Below, piece after piece: positions 8,317 to 16,916 of a stretch of DNA of 38,869 nt. The number at the start of each line of letters is the position of its first letter. Position 1 is the stretch's first letter. The position numbers were made by a program, and so were the translations under genes. This DNA comes from an uncultured Spirochaetaceae bacterium (GTDB lineage Bacteria; Spirochaetota; Spirochaetia; Sphaerochaetales; Sphaerochaetaceae). The notes beneath the pieces were generated by a model, which saw only the letters and a list, made by a program, of their open reading frames with translations, searched no databases and was not told the origin of the DNA. The stretch covers positions 1-38,869 of the forward strand of contig CAZGNN010000001.1 in the NCBI GenBank assembly GCA_964527335.1. The letters run 5' to 3'.

Positions 8317-9041
8317 TTCTTGTCGAGTTTCTCCTTCAGGCTGATAATGGTCGGCTCACCGTGGTATATGTCCAGGGCAAGGGCGAGGTATTCCTTCGCC
8401 GATGAATAGTCCTTACGGTTGTAATATGCTGTCGCGAGAGCCCCGTAGAGCGAGAAGAGGTCGCTCTGACTCATCTTCTCCCTTTCCCCGAGAAGGGGAA
8501 GAAGCTCCTTTATGGCATTCTTGTTGGAGCCTCCGGCTATCTGTGGCGTGTAGATGAGTCTCCACGCGTTCATGAGGACGACGTAGATTTCGTCGCTGTA
8601 GGAGGAGTAGAGCTCCTTCGTCAGCGATGAGTTCTCCATGCCCTTGAACATGTCCTTCGAGATGTAGTACTCGGCTGACGAGTAGTCCGCGCGGCTTATC
8701 TTGGCGAGGACATCGTCGCGTCCCTCCATTTCGTCGACTGCCGCCCTGTCGAGGGCAAGGTGCTCCTCGGCTTCGTCCTTATGGCCGTTGTCGACGAGGT
8801 ATCTCACCATGTTGTATTCGGCTCTTGCCTTTTCCTCCGCCGTAAGGTCCCCGGAGAGGTATTTACGGTAGAGGCTTTCGACTTCCGATTTTCCGTCGTT
8901 GTCCTTGATGGCCTTCATCAGGGCCTGCCACTCGGAATTCTGGTTGTACCTCGAATAGCTGTCCGTATATGAAAAGAGCAGGGAAGATGAGAAGATGATG
9001 ACTGTTAACAGCAGCAGAATCTTTTTCAAGTTGCACCTCAT
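8313..9041 (-). CDS. secreted TPR-like repeat protein
   Basis: Signal peptide MRCNLKKILLLLTVIIFSSSLLFS. The rest is helical-repeat-like, with a clear TPR-type unit LFSLYGALATAYYNRKDYSSAKEYLALALDIY. It shares 1 nt (TGATG) with the U32 stop. Confidence 0.6.
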   Translation of the reverse strand: MRCNLKKILLLLTVIIFSSSLLFSYTDSYSRYNQNSEWQALMKAIKDNDGKSEVESLYRKYLSGDLTAEEKARAEYNMVRYLVDNGHKDEAEEHLALDRAAVDEMEGRDDVLAKISRADYSSAEYYISKDMFKGMENSSLTKELYSSYSDEIYVVLMNAWRLIYTPQIAGGSNKNAIKELLPLLGEREKMSQSDLFSLYGALATAYYNRKDYSSAKEYLALALDIYHGEPTIISLKEKLDKK

Positions 9042-10276
9042 CAGATGTATTTTATGTCGGAAAGCTTACGGATTATATAGCCTTCCCTGAGAGGAAGTGA
9101 AGTCTTTATATAACCCTTCTTCATATGGTCGAGCGAGAGAAGCGGGAATCCGTTCTCGTCGAGGAGTGTATAATCCTTATCCTTGAGGAGCGGTACGTCG
9201 GGTCCGATGAACTCCAGCTCGTCTCCTCTCTGGATGTGGTTCTTGCACACTATCTCGTAGACGCCTTTCTCCTTCTCCTCTCCGATGGAGCCGAGGAACG
9301 TGTAGTTGCGTTCGTATCCGTAGCTTGTCGGCCTCGAGACGTCGTCTTCCCTCTTTGTCTCGAAGGGGTCGGAGGAGTAGAAGAATCCTGTCGTGAACTC
9401 CCTGTGGGAAACGTCGAAGATGTCTCTCTTGTATTCGTCCATGTCGGGTGCGTTGTCGATGGCCTTGCGGTAGGCACGCGTCACGACTGCAACGTAATAG
9501 ATGCTCTTCATCCTTCCCTCGATCTTGAGTGAGTCGAGTCCTGCATCCTTGAGGTCCTGGATGTGGTCGATCATGCAGAGGTCCTTTGAGGAGAGTATTG
9601 CCGTATAGCCGTCGCCTTCCTCGATGGGGAAGTACCTGCCTTTTCTTTCCTCTTCCTCGAGTGCATAGTGAAGGCGGTAGTTCCAGCGGCATGTATGCGA
9701 GCAGTCACCGCGGTTCGCACTGCGTCCCGTGAGGGCAGAGGAGAGAATGCACCGGCCCGAGTATGACATGCACATCGCGCCGTGGACGAAGGCCTCGAGT
9801 TCGAGGTCTGGAACCCTGTCCTTTATTCTCTTTATGTCGTCGAGGGATGCCTCGCGTCCCATGATGATACGCTTGAATCCCATAGCCTTGTACATCTTCG
9901 CGCTCTCGCTGTTGATGCAGCTTGCCTGCGTCGAGAGATGGAGTTCCTTCTCGGGAAAGTACTTCTGGAAGAAGGGGACGGTTCCGATGTCGCTCACGAT
10001 GAAGCCGTCGAAGGGCCAGCGTGCTATCTCGTCCTTCATGCCCTCCAGCTCCTCTATCTGACGCTGTCTGAAGAGTATGTTCATCGTGCAGTAGAGCTTC
10101 TTTCCGCTCTTTTCCTTTATTTTTCTCACTTTCTCGAGTTCGTCTTCGGGAAAGTTTCCGGCGTTGGCCCTGAGCGAGAACTTCGTCAGTCCCATGTAGG
10201 CGGCATCGGCGCCGAAGTTGAATGCCGTTTCAAGTTTCTCATAGTTCCCCGCAGGGGAGAGCAGTTCTATTGCCAT
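9041..10276 (-). CDS. peptidase U32 family protein (RlhA/TrhP-type RNA hydroxylation family)
   Basis: 411 aa. The N-terminus MAIELLSPAGNYEKLETAFNFGADAAYMG is the typical U32 start. A conserved Cys-rich core (CMSYSGRC..CSHTCRW) is present. The start overlaps the lon 3' end by 10 nt. Confidence 0.85.
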   Translation of the reverse strand: MAIELLSPAGNYEKLETAFNFGADAAYMGLTKFSLRANAGNFPEDELEKVRKIKEKSGKKLYCTMNILFRQRQIEELEGMKDEIARWPFDGFIVSDIGTVPFFQKYFPEKELHLSTQASCINSESAKMYKAMGFKRIIMGREASLDDIKRIKDRVPDLELEAFVHGAMCMSYSGRCILSSALTGRSANRGDCSHTCRWNYRLHYALEEEERKGRYFPIEEGDGYTAILSSKDLCMIDHIQDLKDAGLDSLKIEGRMKSIYYVAVVTRAYRKAIDNAPDMDEYKRDIFDVSHREFTTGFFYSSDPFETKREDDVSRPTSYGYERNYTFLGSIGEEKEKGVYEIVCKNHIQRGDELEFIGPDVPLLKDKDYTLLDENGFPLLSLDHMKKGYIKTSLPLREGYIIRKLSDIKYI

Positions 10277-12744
10277 GTTCTGAATGCCTTCGAGAATGCC
10301 TCGGCCTGGAGTGCAAGCTGGGCTTCCTTCTCCTCCTCTTCCTTTTCGGTATTCTCTTTCGTCTTCTTTTCGAGTTCATCCTTCGAGAGCCGGGAAGAAG
10401 TCTCTGTCGGGAATGCTATCGCAATGACATCGAGTATGGTCTTTACGGTGTGGAAGACAACGTCTCCCTTCACTTCATCGTCCAGTTTCTCGAGGTCCCT
10501 GAGATTGTCGTACGGGATGATGATTTCACTGATGGAGTTCCTTCTTGCTCCGAGAATCTTCTCCTTGAGTCCGCCGATGGCTTCGACCTTGCCTGTCAGG
10601 GTGAGTTCTCCCGTCATTGCAAGCTTCTCCTTCACCGGTATTCTCCTGTACATGCTCCAGAGTGCCGTGAACAGTGTTATGCCGGCACTCGGACCGTCCT
10701 TCGGGACAGCGCCCTCGGGGCAGTGGAGATGAACGGAGTTCTTCTCGAAGAACTTCATGTCGAGTCCTCTCAGCCATGCCTCGTGCTTGACAGTCGACCA
10801 GGCTATCGAGACTGACTCCTTCATGACGTCGCCGAGCTGTCCCGTGACCTTCAGATCTCCCTTTTCCGGAATGGATACAGCCTCGACGGGAATGACATCG
10901 CCTCCGAATGCTGTCCATGCAAGACCCATTGCCATGCCGACGGTGTCCGCAACGACGATCCTGTCGCTCGGGAACGGCGGAAGATCAAGATAGCCCCTGA
11001 GGTCCTTTGCCGTGATCTTCACGGTCTTTCTCTCCTCTTCGGGTGTTTCGAGAATCTTCAGGGCGACCTTTCTCATAACCTTGTCGATCTCGTTCTTGAA
11101 CTGTCTGACACCGGCTTCCCTTGCGTATTCCTCGGCAATGTGCGAGAGGGCCTTGTCTTCGAACTTTATCTCTTTCCTTGTCAGACCGTTCTTCTTCAGA
11201 AGGTCCGGTACAAGATATTCCTTTCCTATATGCAGCTTCTCCATAGGCGTGTAGCCGCTCATCTCGATTATCTCCATCCTGTCATAGAGAGGGCGGGGAA
11301 TCTTCGAGAGGTCGTTCGCAGTGACGATGAAGAGAACCTTCGAGAGATCATACGGAAGATCGAGGTAGAAGTCACGGAAGTTGATGTTCTGTTCGGGGTC
11401 GAGGACCTCGAGAAGTGCGCTTGCGGGGTCACCGTTGTAGCTCTGTCCCATCTTGTCGATTTCGTCGATGAGAATCACGGGGTCAGTGACACCGGTCGTT
11501 GTCACGGCCTGGATGAGCTTACCCGGCATTGCGCCGACGTATGTGCGTCTGTGTCCCTTGATTTCGGCTTCGTCCCTCATGCCTCCGACTGAGAAGCGGT
11601 AGAACTTGCGCCCGAGGGCATTTGCGATGGAGGAACCGACACTTGTCTTGCCGACTCCCGGAGGGCCTGCGAGACAGATTACGGCACCCTTGCTGTTCTG
11701 TGCCTTGAGACGGGAAGCGAGGAATTCGACAATTCTCTCCTTGACTTCCTTCATGCCGTAGTGATCCTTCTCCAGCTGTTCCTTCACCTTGATGATCGAA
11801 TATGCCGGAGTCTCGACAGTGAACGAGAAGGGGAGATCGAGAATCGTCTCGATGTAGAGCTTCGTGAGCATGTACTCGGGGTTCATCGTATCGAGGTAGG
11901 AGAGCTTTTCAAGCTCCTTGTCGACGGCTTCCCTGTAGAGGTCGGGAAGCATCTTTGCCGCCGCACGTTCGAAGATGTCGCCTTTCTTCGCGTTCTTCGG
12001 GTCGGCTGCAGCATTGCCGTGAAGTACACTGAGCTCTCCGTTGAGGGCCTTTATCTGCTCCTTGATGATGGCTTCCTTGTTCCTCATCTTCACGCGCTCG
12101 ATGTACTCCTGTCTGACCTGCTCCTCCTTCTCGAGAACCTCCTTCTCGCCGGATATGTAGGAGGTGAGGGAGGTTATCCTCTTGCGGGTATCTGTCTCTT
12201 CAAGAAGTTCCTGCAGAAAATCCTTCGGAGCCGACACAAGTGCCGCAGCAGCGTACCAGCATGCAGCCTCGGGGCTGTTGAAGTTCGCGATGTTTATCTC
12301 GGTCGTCGGGTTGAAGACCCTTGTCTTTCCCAGCGACGCCACAAGGTCCTTGAGAATCCTCGTGTACGGCTGGATGGTCTTCGGGGAGGAGGGCTTGTCG
12401 ACGAGAGTCTCGCCGTCGGCGAATACGGGGCCCTCCCCGTAGACGTAGCGTGTGACCTTCACTCTCTTAATCGCCGTCGTGAAGAGATGTATGCTGCTGT
12501 TGGGAAGCTTGATGAACTTTGTTATCTTGACGAGGGTTCCCACCTGTCTGAGGGACTTCTCGTCGTTGGTTTCCTGGATTACGGCAAGGAAATAGCCGTC
12601 GTGCTCGATGGCCCACGTGACTGTTCTTATGTCGACGGGGCGTGACACCATGAGGGTTGTCAGCGTCTCGGGAAATATGGGTCTCTCGAGAAGCGGGAGC
12701 ACAGGAATTTCAGTGATTGTATCTGATGAAAACTTGTCTTCCAT
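10267..12744 (-). CDS. lon: ATP-dependent Lon protease
   Basis: LON N-domain (IPVLPLLERPIFPETLTTLMV), Walker A GPPGVGKTS, and the protease serine motif PKDGPSAGITLFTAL. The track start at 12960 adds 72 aa that overlap the arcC start and promoter. I prefer ATG 12744 (AAGGA 9 nt upstream); ATG 12765 is an alternative. Confidence 0.95.
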   Translation of the reverse strand: MEDKFSSDTITEIPVLPLLERPIFPETLTTLMVSRPVDIRTVTWAIEHDGYFLAVIQETNDEKSLRQVGTLVKITKFIKLPNSSIHLFTTAIKRVKVTRYVYGEGPVFADGETLVDKPSSPKTIQPYTRILKDLVASLGKTRVFNPTTEINIANFNSPEAACWYAAAALVSAPKDFLQELLEETDTRKRITSLTSYISGEKEVLEKEEQVRQEYIERVKMRNKEAIIKEQIKALNGELSVLHGNAAADPKNAKKGDIFERAAAKMLPDLYREAVDKELEKLSYLDTMNPEYMLTKLYIETILDLPFSFTVETPAYSIIKVKEQLEKDHYGMKEVKERIVEFLASRLKAQNSKGAVICLAGPPGVGKTSVGSSIANALGRKFYRFSVGGMRDEAEIKGHRRTYVGAMPGKLIQAVTTTGVTDPVILIDEIDKMGQSYNGDPASALLEVLDPEQNINFRDFYLDLPYDLSKVLFIVTANDLSKIPRPLYDRMEIIEMSGYTPMEKLHIGKEYLVPDLLKKNGLTRKEIKFEDKALSHIAEEYAREAGVRQFKNEIDKVMRKVALKILETPEEERKTVKITAKDLRGYLDLPPFPSDRIVVADTVGMAMGLAWTAFGGDVIPVEAVSIPEKGDLKVTGQLGDVMKESVSIAWSTVKHEAWLRGLDMKFFEKNSVHLHCPEGAVPKDGPSAGITLFTALWSMYRRIPVKEKLAMTGELTLTGKVEAIGGLKEKILGARRNSISEIIIPYDNLRDLEKLDDEVKGDVVFHTVKTILDVIAIAFPTETSSRLSKDELEKKTKENTEKEEEEKEAQLALQAEAFSKAFRTWQ

Positions 12745-12847
12745 TAAAAGTCGTCCTTTATTCATTTTCAAATATAACACAAAAAGGGACAAGCGTCGGT
12801 CAGCGGGCGAAAAAAACTGAAAATAACCACAAAGACCTTCGAAAATT

Positions 12848-12876
12848 GTTGCATTTTGTTGCAACTGTGGTATTCT
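12848..12876 (+). promoter_or_regulatory. candidate arcC promoter with a GTTGCA direct repeat
   Basis: GTTGCA/TTGCAT (12848-12854), a 16-17 nt spacer, then TGgTATTCT (extended -10, 12868-12876). GTTGCA occurs twice 10 bp apart (12848-12853 and 12858-12863), and the second copy forms the palindrome GTTGCAAC. AAGGAAG SD precedes ATG 12898. Confidence 0.4.
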
Positions 12877-12897
12877 CTCCATAAAGGAAGTTAAAAA

Positions 12898-13845
12898 ATG
12901 GACGGAAAACTTATTGTTATCGCAATCGGCGGTAACTCTTTGATTGAAGATAGCAAGCACGTGACGGTAAGGTCACAGTATGATGCGGCAAACAAGACTG
13001 CAATGCACATCGCACGCCTTGTGAAGGCCGGCAACAGGGTTGTCATCGCTCACGGCAACGGACCGCAGGTCGGCTATATTCTCCGCAGGGCAGAGATTGC
13101 CTCCACGGAGCTTCACACCGTTCCTCTCGACAGCTGTGTCGCAGACACACAGGGTGCCATCGGCTACCAGCTTCAGATGGCTCTCGACAACCAGATGGCA
13201 GCAGACGGAATAAAGAAGAACATCGCAACCGTCGTCACCCAGGTTGAGGTCAGGGATGACGATCCGTCATTCAGAAAGCCCACGAAGCCCATCGGATCCT
13301 TCATGAGCGAAGAAGTTGCAATGGAACACAAGGCAAAGGACAACTGGAACGTCGTCGAAGATGCGGGAAGAGGCTGGAGAAGAGTCGTCGCATCACCGAA
13401 ACCGGTATCAATCATCGAACTCGATACAATCAGGTGTCTCCTCGATAACGGCATCATCGTCATCGCGGCAGGCGGCGGCGGTATTCCTGTCGTGAAGGCA
13501 GCTGACGGCACACTCTCGGGAAGAGAGGCTGTCATCGACAAGGACCTTGCAGCTGCAATGCTTGCAAAGGACCTCAATGCCGACATGTTCGTGATCAGCA
13601 CGGCCGTTCCGAAGGTATGTCTCAATTTCGGCAAGCCGAACCAGAAGACTCTCGACGAGATGTCCGTAAAGGAAGCTGAGGAGTACATGGCTGAAGGCCA
13701 CTTCGCACCGGGTTCGATGCTCCCGAAGATCCAGGCTCTGACTGACTTTGTCAGATCCACAGGCAACACGGGTATCGTAACGGATCCGGAGAACCTCTAC
13801 GACGCTGTCTATGGTGATATGGGAACAAAGGTCGTGAAGGGCTGA
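12898..13845 (+). CDS. arcC: carbamate kinase
   Basis: 315 aa. LIVIAIGGNSL and VIAHGNGPQVGYIL are hallmark carbamate kinase (amino-acid kinase fold) motifs, and the length is typical. Confidence 0.92.
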   Translation: MDGKLIVIAIGGNSLIEDSKHVTVRSQYDAANKTAMHIARLVKAGNRVVIAHGNGPQVGYILRRAEIASTELHTVPLDSCVADTQGAIGYQLQMALDNQMAADGIKKNIATVVTQVEVRDDDPSFRKPTKPIGSFMSEEVAMEHKAKDNWNVVEDAGRGWRRVVASPKPVSIIELDTIRCLLDNGIIVIAAGGGGIPVVKAADGTLSGREAVIDKDLAAAMLAKDLNADMFVISTAVPKVCLNFGKPNQKTLDEMSVKEAEEYMAEGHFAPGSMLPKIQALTDFVRSTGNTGIVTDPENLYDAVYGDMGTKVVKG

Positions 13846-15087
13846 TTACTTCCGTTTTACAAGGAAGGGAAGGGCTTCTGCAGTATACAGCAACAGTGCT
13901 GTGACGGCGGGGGCCCATATATTTTGGATGAGCACCGCACTGAGTACGAGTCTCACGATGATTACGGCTATGAGGACGGCGTCCATCACGAGAGCACACC
14001 TCTGGAGAGACTTCTCCCTTCTTCTCCTTCCGACGCTCATGAAATGGAGTACTCCCTGTACGAGGCAGAGCGGTGTGATTATGAGAATGTTGAGGTTGTC
14101 GTGAGTGACATAGTGTATCGTGAAGAACTCGAAGAATATGAGAAGAACGCTCATGATTCCGAAAACGGTGAATACAAGGCCCAGGATAAAATCACAGGTG
14201 TGGTGGTGCCTTGTATATGATGCGACGAGGGAAAGAGAGGCAAGTGCAAGACCGAAGAGAGAGGAGTAGAGCAGAAACGGCCACTTGAGGGGAGTATCCT
14301 TTCTCTTCTCGGTCTTGTAGAGCACTTCGCTCTCGCTCTTCTGATATTCCTCGATTGCCTTCTCGAGATTGGATGGAAGGTAGCAATCCTCCCAGCGTGT
14401 TATTTCCTCATCGACTGATGAGCCGAGAAGGTAGTTGATTACCCAGCTTGCGAAGAATGTCGAGCGCGAGAGATGCCGGGCAACACTTGTTCTGATACTC
14501 TCTTCCGCTTTCTGGCTTTTGAGCCACCTTTCGAAATCTCCTCCCGTTGCCCAGGAATAGATGTCCCTGAGGCGCGTTGCGCAGTTATCACTGAAGTAGT
14601 CGTAGAGATAGGTCCTGTTCTCCTCCTCTGTATTATATACAAGGAAGGAGTAGAGAGCCTTCTTCTGGTTACTGTCGAGTTCAAGCTCCAGCATCGACAC
14701 CGTCCTGTCATCCTCCTCGAGTGATACTATCCTGTAGAGTGCATATGTCTCCCATACCTCGTAGTAGAGCTTACCGAGAATGAAGTTCGGAATGAATGTC
14801 TCGTCGAACGTGAAGATTCCGTAGTCGAACGCAATGGGGGAGCAGCCGTCGCGCTCTATGACGAATGCGGCATGGCCGAAGTTCTCCCAGATTGCAGATC
14901 CCTCTCCTCCTGTGAGGAGATAGATCTTCATGCCGGCATAGTATTCCTCATCCTCCTTTGTCACATCCTCCCTGACATATTGAGCAAGCTCCTCTTCGCT
15001 CGAGAAGAGGTCGTCCCTGAGAACGATTGCCGAATTGAGGGGGATCAGGACAGCAAGCACAGCAATGAGAATGAGAAAACGTTTCAT
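13846..15087 (-). CDS. DUF4105 (Lnb-like) polytopic membrane protein
   Basis: From ATG 15087: signal/TM MKRFLILIAVLAVLIPL. The periplasmic domain carries FGHAAFVIE...FDYG...YLYDYFSDNCATRLRDIY, the DUF4105 signature including the DNCAT motif. About 5 C-terminal TM helices follow. The track start at 15255 would overlap the garR start. Confidence 0.7.
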   Translation of the reverse strand: MKRFLILIAVLAVLIPLNSAIVLRDDLFSSEEELAQYVREDVTKEDEEYYAGMKIYLLTGGEGSAIWENFGHAAFVIERDGCSPIAFDYGIFTFDETFIPNFILGKLYYEVWETYALYRIVSLEEDDRTVSMLELELDSNQKKALYSFLVYNTEEENRTYLYDYFSDNCATRLRDIYSWATGGDFERWLKSQKAEESIRTSVARHLSRSTFFASWVINYLLGSSVDEEITRWEDCYLPSNLEKAIEEYQKSESEVLYKTEKRKDTPLKWPFLLYSSLFGLALASLSLVASYTRHHHTCDFILGLVFTVFGIMSVLLIFFEFFTIHYVTHDNLNILIITPLCLVQGVLHFMSVGRRRREKSLQRCALVMDAVLIAVIIVRLVLSAVLIQNIWAPAVTALLLYTAEALPFLVKRK

Positions 15088-15196
15088 CGCCACTATCTTA
15101 ATTGGAACGCGTTCTTTGATAAAGTCTTTTTGCGACTTCAGAAATGTGTGGACACGGCGGAAAAAGCATGCATCATTGTAGAAAAAGGAGAAAACT

Positions 15197-16078
15197 ATGA
15201 AAGTCGGATTCATCGGACTCGGCATCATGGGGCGTCCCATGGCAAAGAATCTCATCAGAAAGGGCTACTCCCTTGTCGTCAACACACATAAGAAGGAAAC
15301 ACTCGACGAGTTCCGGTCTCTCGGGGCCGAGATTGCTCTTTCGGGTAGGGAAGTTGCCGAAAAGTGCTCTGTCATCATCACAATGCTTCCGAACAGCCCC
15401 CAGGTCAGGGAAGTTGCTCTCGGCAGGGACGGTATAGCCGACGGCGCACACGGGGATCTGACTCTGATCGACATGTCGTCAATTGACCCCGTCGAGACGA
15501 AGGCCATAGCCGCGGAACTTGGAAAGAAGGGAATCGGGATGCTCGACTGCCCCGTCTCCGGAGGAGAGCCCAAGGCAATAGACGGCACACTCTCCGTCAT
15601 GGCAGGAGGCGACAGAACACTCTTCGAGAGGTACTCGGGACTTCTTTCTGCAATGGCTTCAAGCGTCGTCCATGTCGGTGAAATCGGGAGCGGCAACATC
15701 GCAAAGCTTGCCAACCAGATAATAGTTGCCTGCAACATTGCCGCAATGAGTGAGGCTCTCGCATTCGCAAAGAAGGCCGGCGCCGATCCTGGACGTGTCT
15801 ACAGTGCAATAAGGGGAGGGCTTGCAGGTTCCGCTGTTCTCGACGCCAAGGCTCCCATGATACTCGGACGCAACTTCAGGCCGGGCTTCAGGGTGGAACT
15901 CCACATCAAGGACCTCACGAACGCCCTCAATGCGGCCCATGCGGTATCGTCACCGGTACCTCTTACGGGGGAAGTCATGGAGATGATGGAGACTCTGAAG
16001 GCAATGGGACTCGGGACGGAAGACCACAGCGCCCTCGTCAGGTACTACGAGCTCATAAGCGGCGTGACTGTCGTCTGA
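15197..16078 (+). CDS. garR: 2-hydroxy-3-oxopropionate (tartronate semialdehyde) reductase
   Basis: 293 aa. MKVGFIGLGIMGRPMAKNL..VIITMLPNSP.V.EVALG..LIDMSSI..CPVSGGEPKAIDGTLSVMAGGD..HIKDL..SALVRYYE is near-colinear with E. coli GarR/GlxR as I recall it. Belongs to the beta-hydroxyacid dehydrogenase family. AGGAG SD. Confidence 0.88.
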   Translation: MKVGFIGLGIMGRPMAKNLIRKGYSLVVNTHKKETLDEFRSLGAEIALSGREVAEKCSVIITMLPNSPQVREVALGRDGIADGAHGDLTLIDMSSIDPVETKAIAAELGKKGIGMLDCPVSGGEPKAIDGTLSVMAGGDRTLFERYSGLLSAMASSVVHVGEIGSGNIAKLANQIIVACNIAAMSEALAFAKKAGADPGRVYSAIRGGLAGSAVLDAKAPMILGRNFRPGFRVELHIKDLTNALNAAHAVSSPVPLTGEVMEMMETLKAMGLGTEDHSALVRYYELISGVTVV

Positions 16079-16114
16079 GAGCGTGAAATGACATATCTGT
16101 CCTGATGTTTTATG

Positions 16115-16141
16115 AGAGAGCTTCGGCTCTCTTTGTTTTTT
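16115..16141 (+). terminator. rho-independent terminator after garR
   Basis: AGAGAGC (16115-16121), loop TTCG, GCTCTCT (16126-16132), then TTGTTTTTT. Confidence 0.7.
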
Positions 16142-16155
16142 CACATCTCCGATTG

Positions 16156-16164
16156 TGCTATACT
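16156..16164 (+). promoter_or_regulatory. extended -10 element (TGcTATACT) 7 nt upstream of the recO ATG
   Basis: TG at 16156-16157 and TATACT at 16159-16164, with the ATG at 16172 and no SD between them. The -35 position is only a T-run. Confidence 0.35.
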
Positions 16165-16171
16165 CTCATCG

Positions 16172-16900
16172 ATGGACAGAGACTTCAAGACACTCGGGAT
16201 TGTTATAAGAAAGGAGAACAGGGGCGAGAGAAACGCCCTTATCTCGATTCTGACACCCGACATGGGACTTGTCGAGGCTGTCGGCTTCGGCTCGGGACGG
16301 GGAGCCAAGAGCTACCGTTCTCCCCTCTACGGAGAGGGAGTCTTCTCTCTCGAGAGAAAGAGCGAAAGCAGCATCTATCTCAAGGACAGCGAAATCATAA
16401 CGGAACACGAGTGGATAAAATCCGATCTAGATTCCATCGCACTCTCGTCGCTCTTCAGCGAGCTTGTCATAAAGGCAAGAACAGTCGACAACGCCGTCTA
16501 TAAGCTCTATACATCCGTGCTCGACAGCATGGGGGACGGCATGACGGAGAGAAGTGCCGTCTACTTTCTCACGCATTTTCTCTCTCTCGAGGGGCTCAGC
16601 GGCGACTGGGAGACATGTCCCGGGTGCGGAAGGGAATATGCCGAGGACGAGATTCTCGGCTTCTCGACGCTCTCGTGCAGTGCCGTCTGCTCCTCGTGCG
16701 ACACGCTCTCCGGGGCCCTTATCCTCCCGCCGAATGCAAGACGCTATGTCATGTGGGTCTCCCGAAGTGATATAGACACCGCCCTGGGATACAGCATTTC
16801 GGATGGGGCGGTGAAGAGAATCAGGAACTATCTCGTGCGTTCTCTCCAGTACATCTTCCCGGCAAGGCTGAAAAGCCTCGAAGCCGGTCTTCTCAGTTAA
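16172..16900 (+). CDS. recO: DNA repair protein RecO
   Basis: From ATG 16172: MDRDFKTLGIVIRKENRGERNALISILTPDMGLVEAVGFG, a RecO N-terminal OB fold pattern. Cys cluster CPGCGRE...CSSC is typical of the RecO zinc finger. The track start at 16112 lies inside the garR terminator. Confidence 0.85.
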   Translation: MDRDFKTLGIVIRKENRGERNALISILTPDMGLVEAVGFGSGRGAKSYRSPLYGEGVFSLERKSESSIYLKDSEIITEHEWIKSDLDSIALSSLFSELVIKARTVDNAVYKLYTSVLDSMGDGMTERSAVYFLTHFLSLEGLSGDWETCPGCGREYAEDEILGFSTLSCSAVCSSCDTLSGALILPPNARRYVMWVSRSDIDTALGYSISDGAVKRIRNYLVRSLQYIFPARLKSLEAGLLS

Positions 16901-16916
16901 GGAAAAGTTTACATAT

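Noticed and set aside
9782-10732. 316-aa + strand ORF spanning the U32/lon junction, and the 294-aa ORF 11761-12645 (+) inside lon.
   Set aside because: They are antisense to clearly coding Lon and U32 sequence. They have no SD or promoter context and biased Leu/Val/Glu/Ser composition. These are shadow ORFs.
12745-12897. Heat-shock operator (CIRCE, TTAGCACTC-N9-GAGTGCTAA) upstream of lon, and likewise upstream of tig-clpP-clpX (34862-34960).
   Set aside because: No CIRCE-like inverted repeat is present in either spacer. Upstream of lon I could only read an extended -10-like TGtTATATT (12771-12779, minus strand).
12745-12960. N-terminal extensions offered by the ORF track: lon to 12960, DUF4105 gene to 15255, recO from 16112, sigma from 34878, small ORF from 26828, and sigma from 2974.
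   Set aside because: Each extension overlaps a neighbouring gene, promoter, terminator or the A-tract array, and lacks homology-like sequence. In each case an internal ATG gives a canonical N-terminus, in most cases preceded by an SD.
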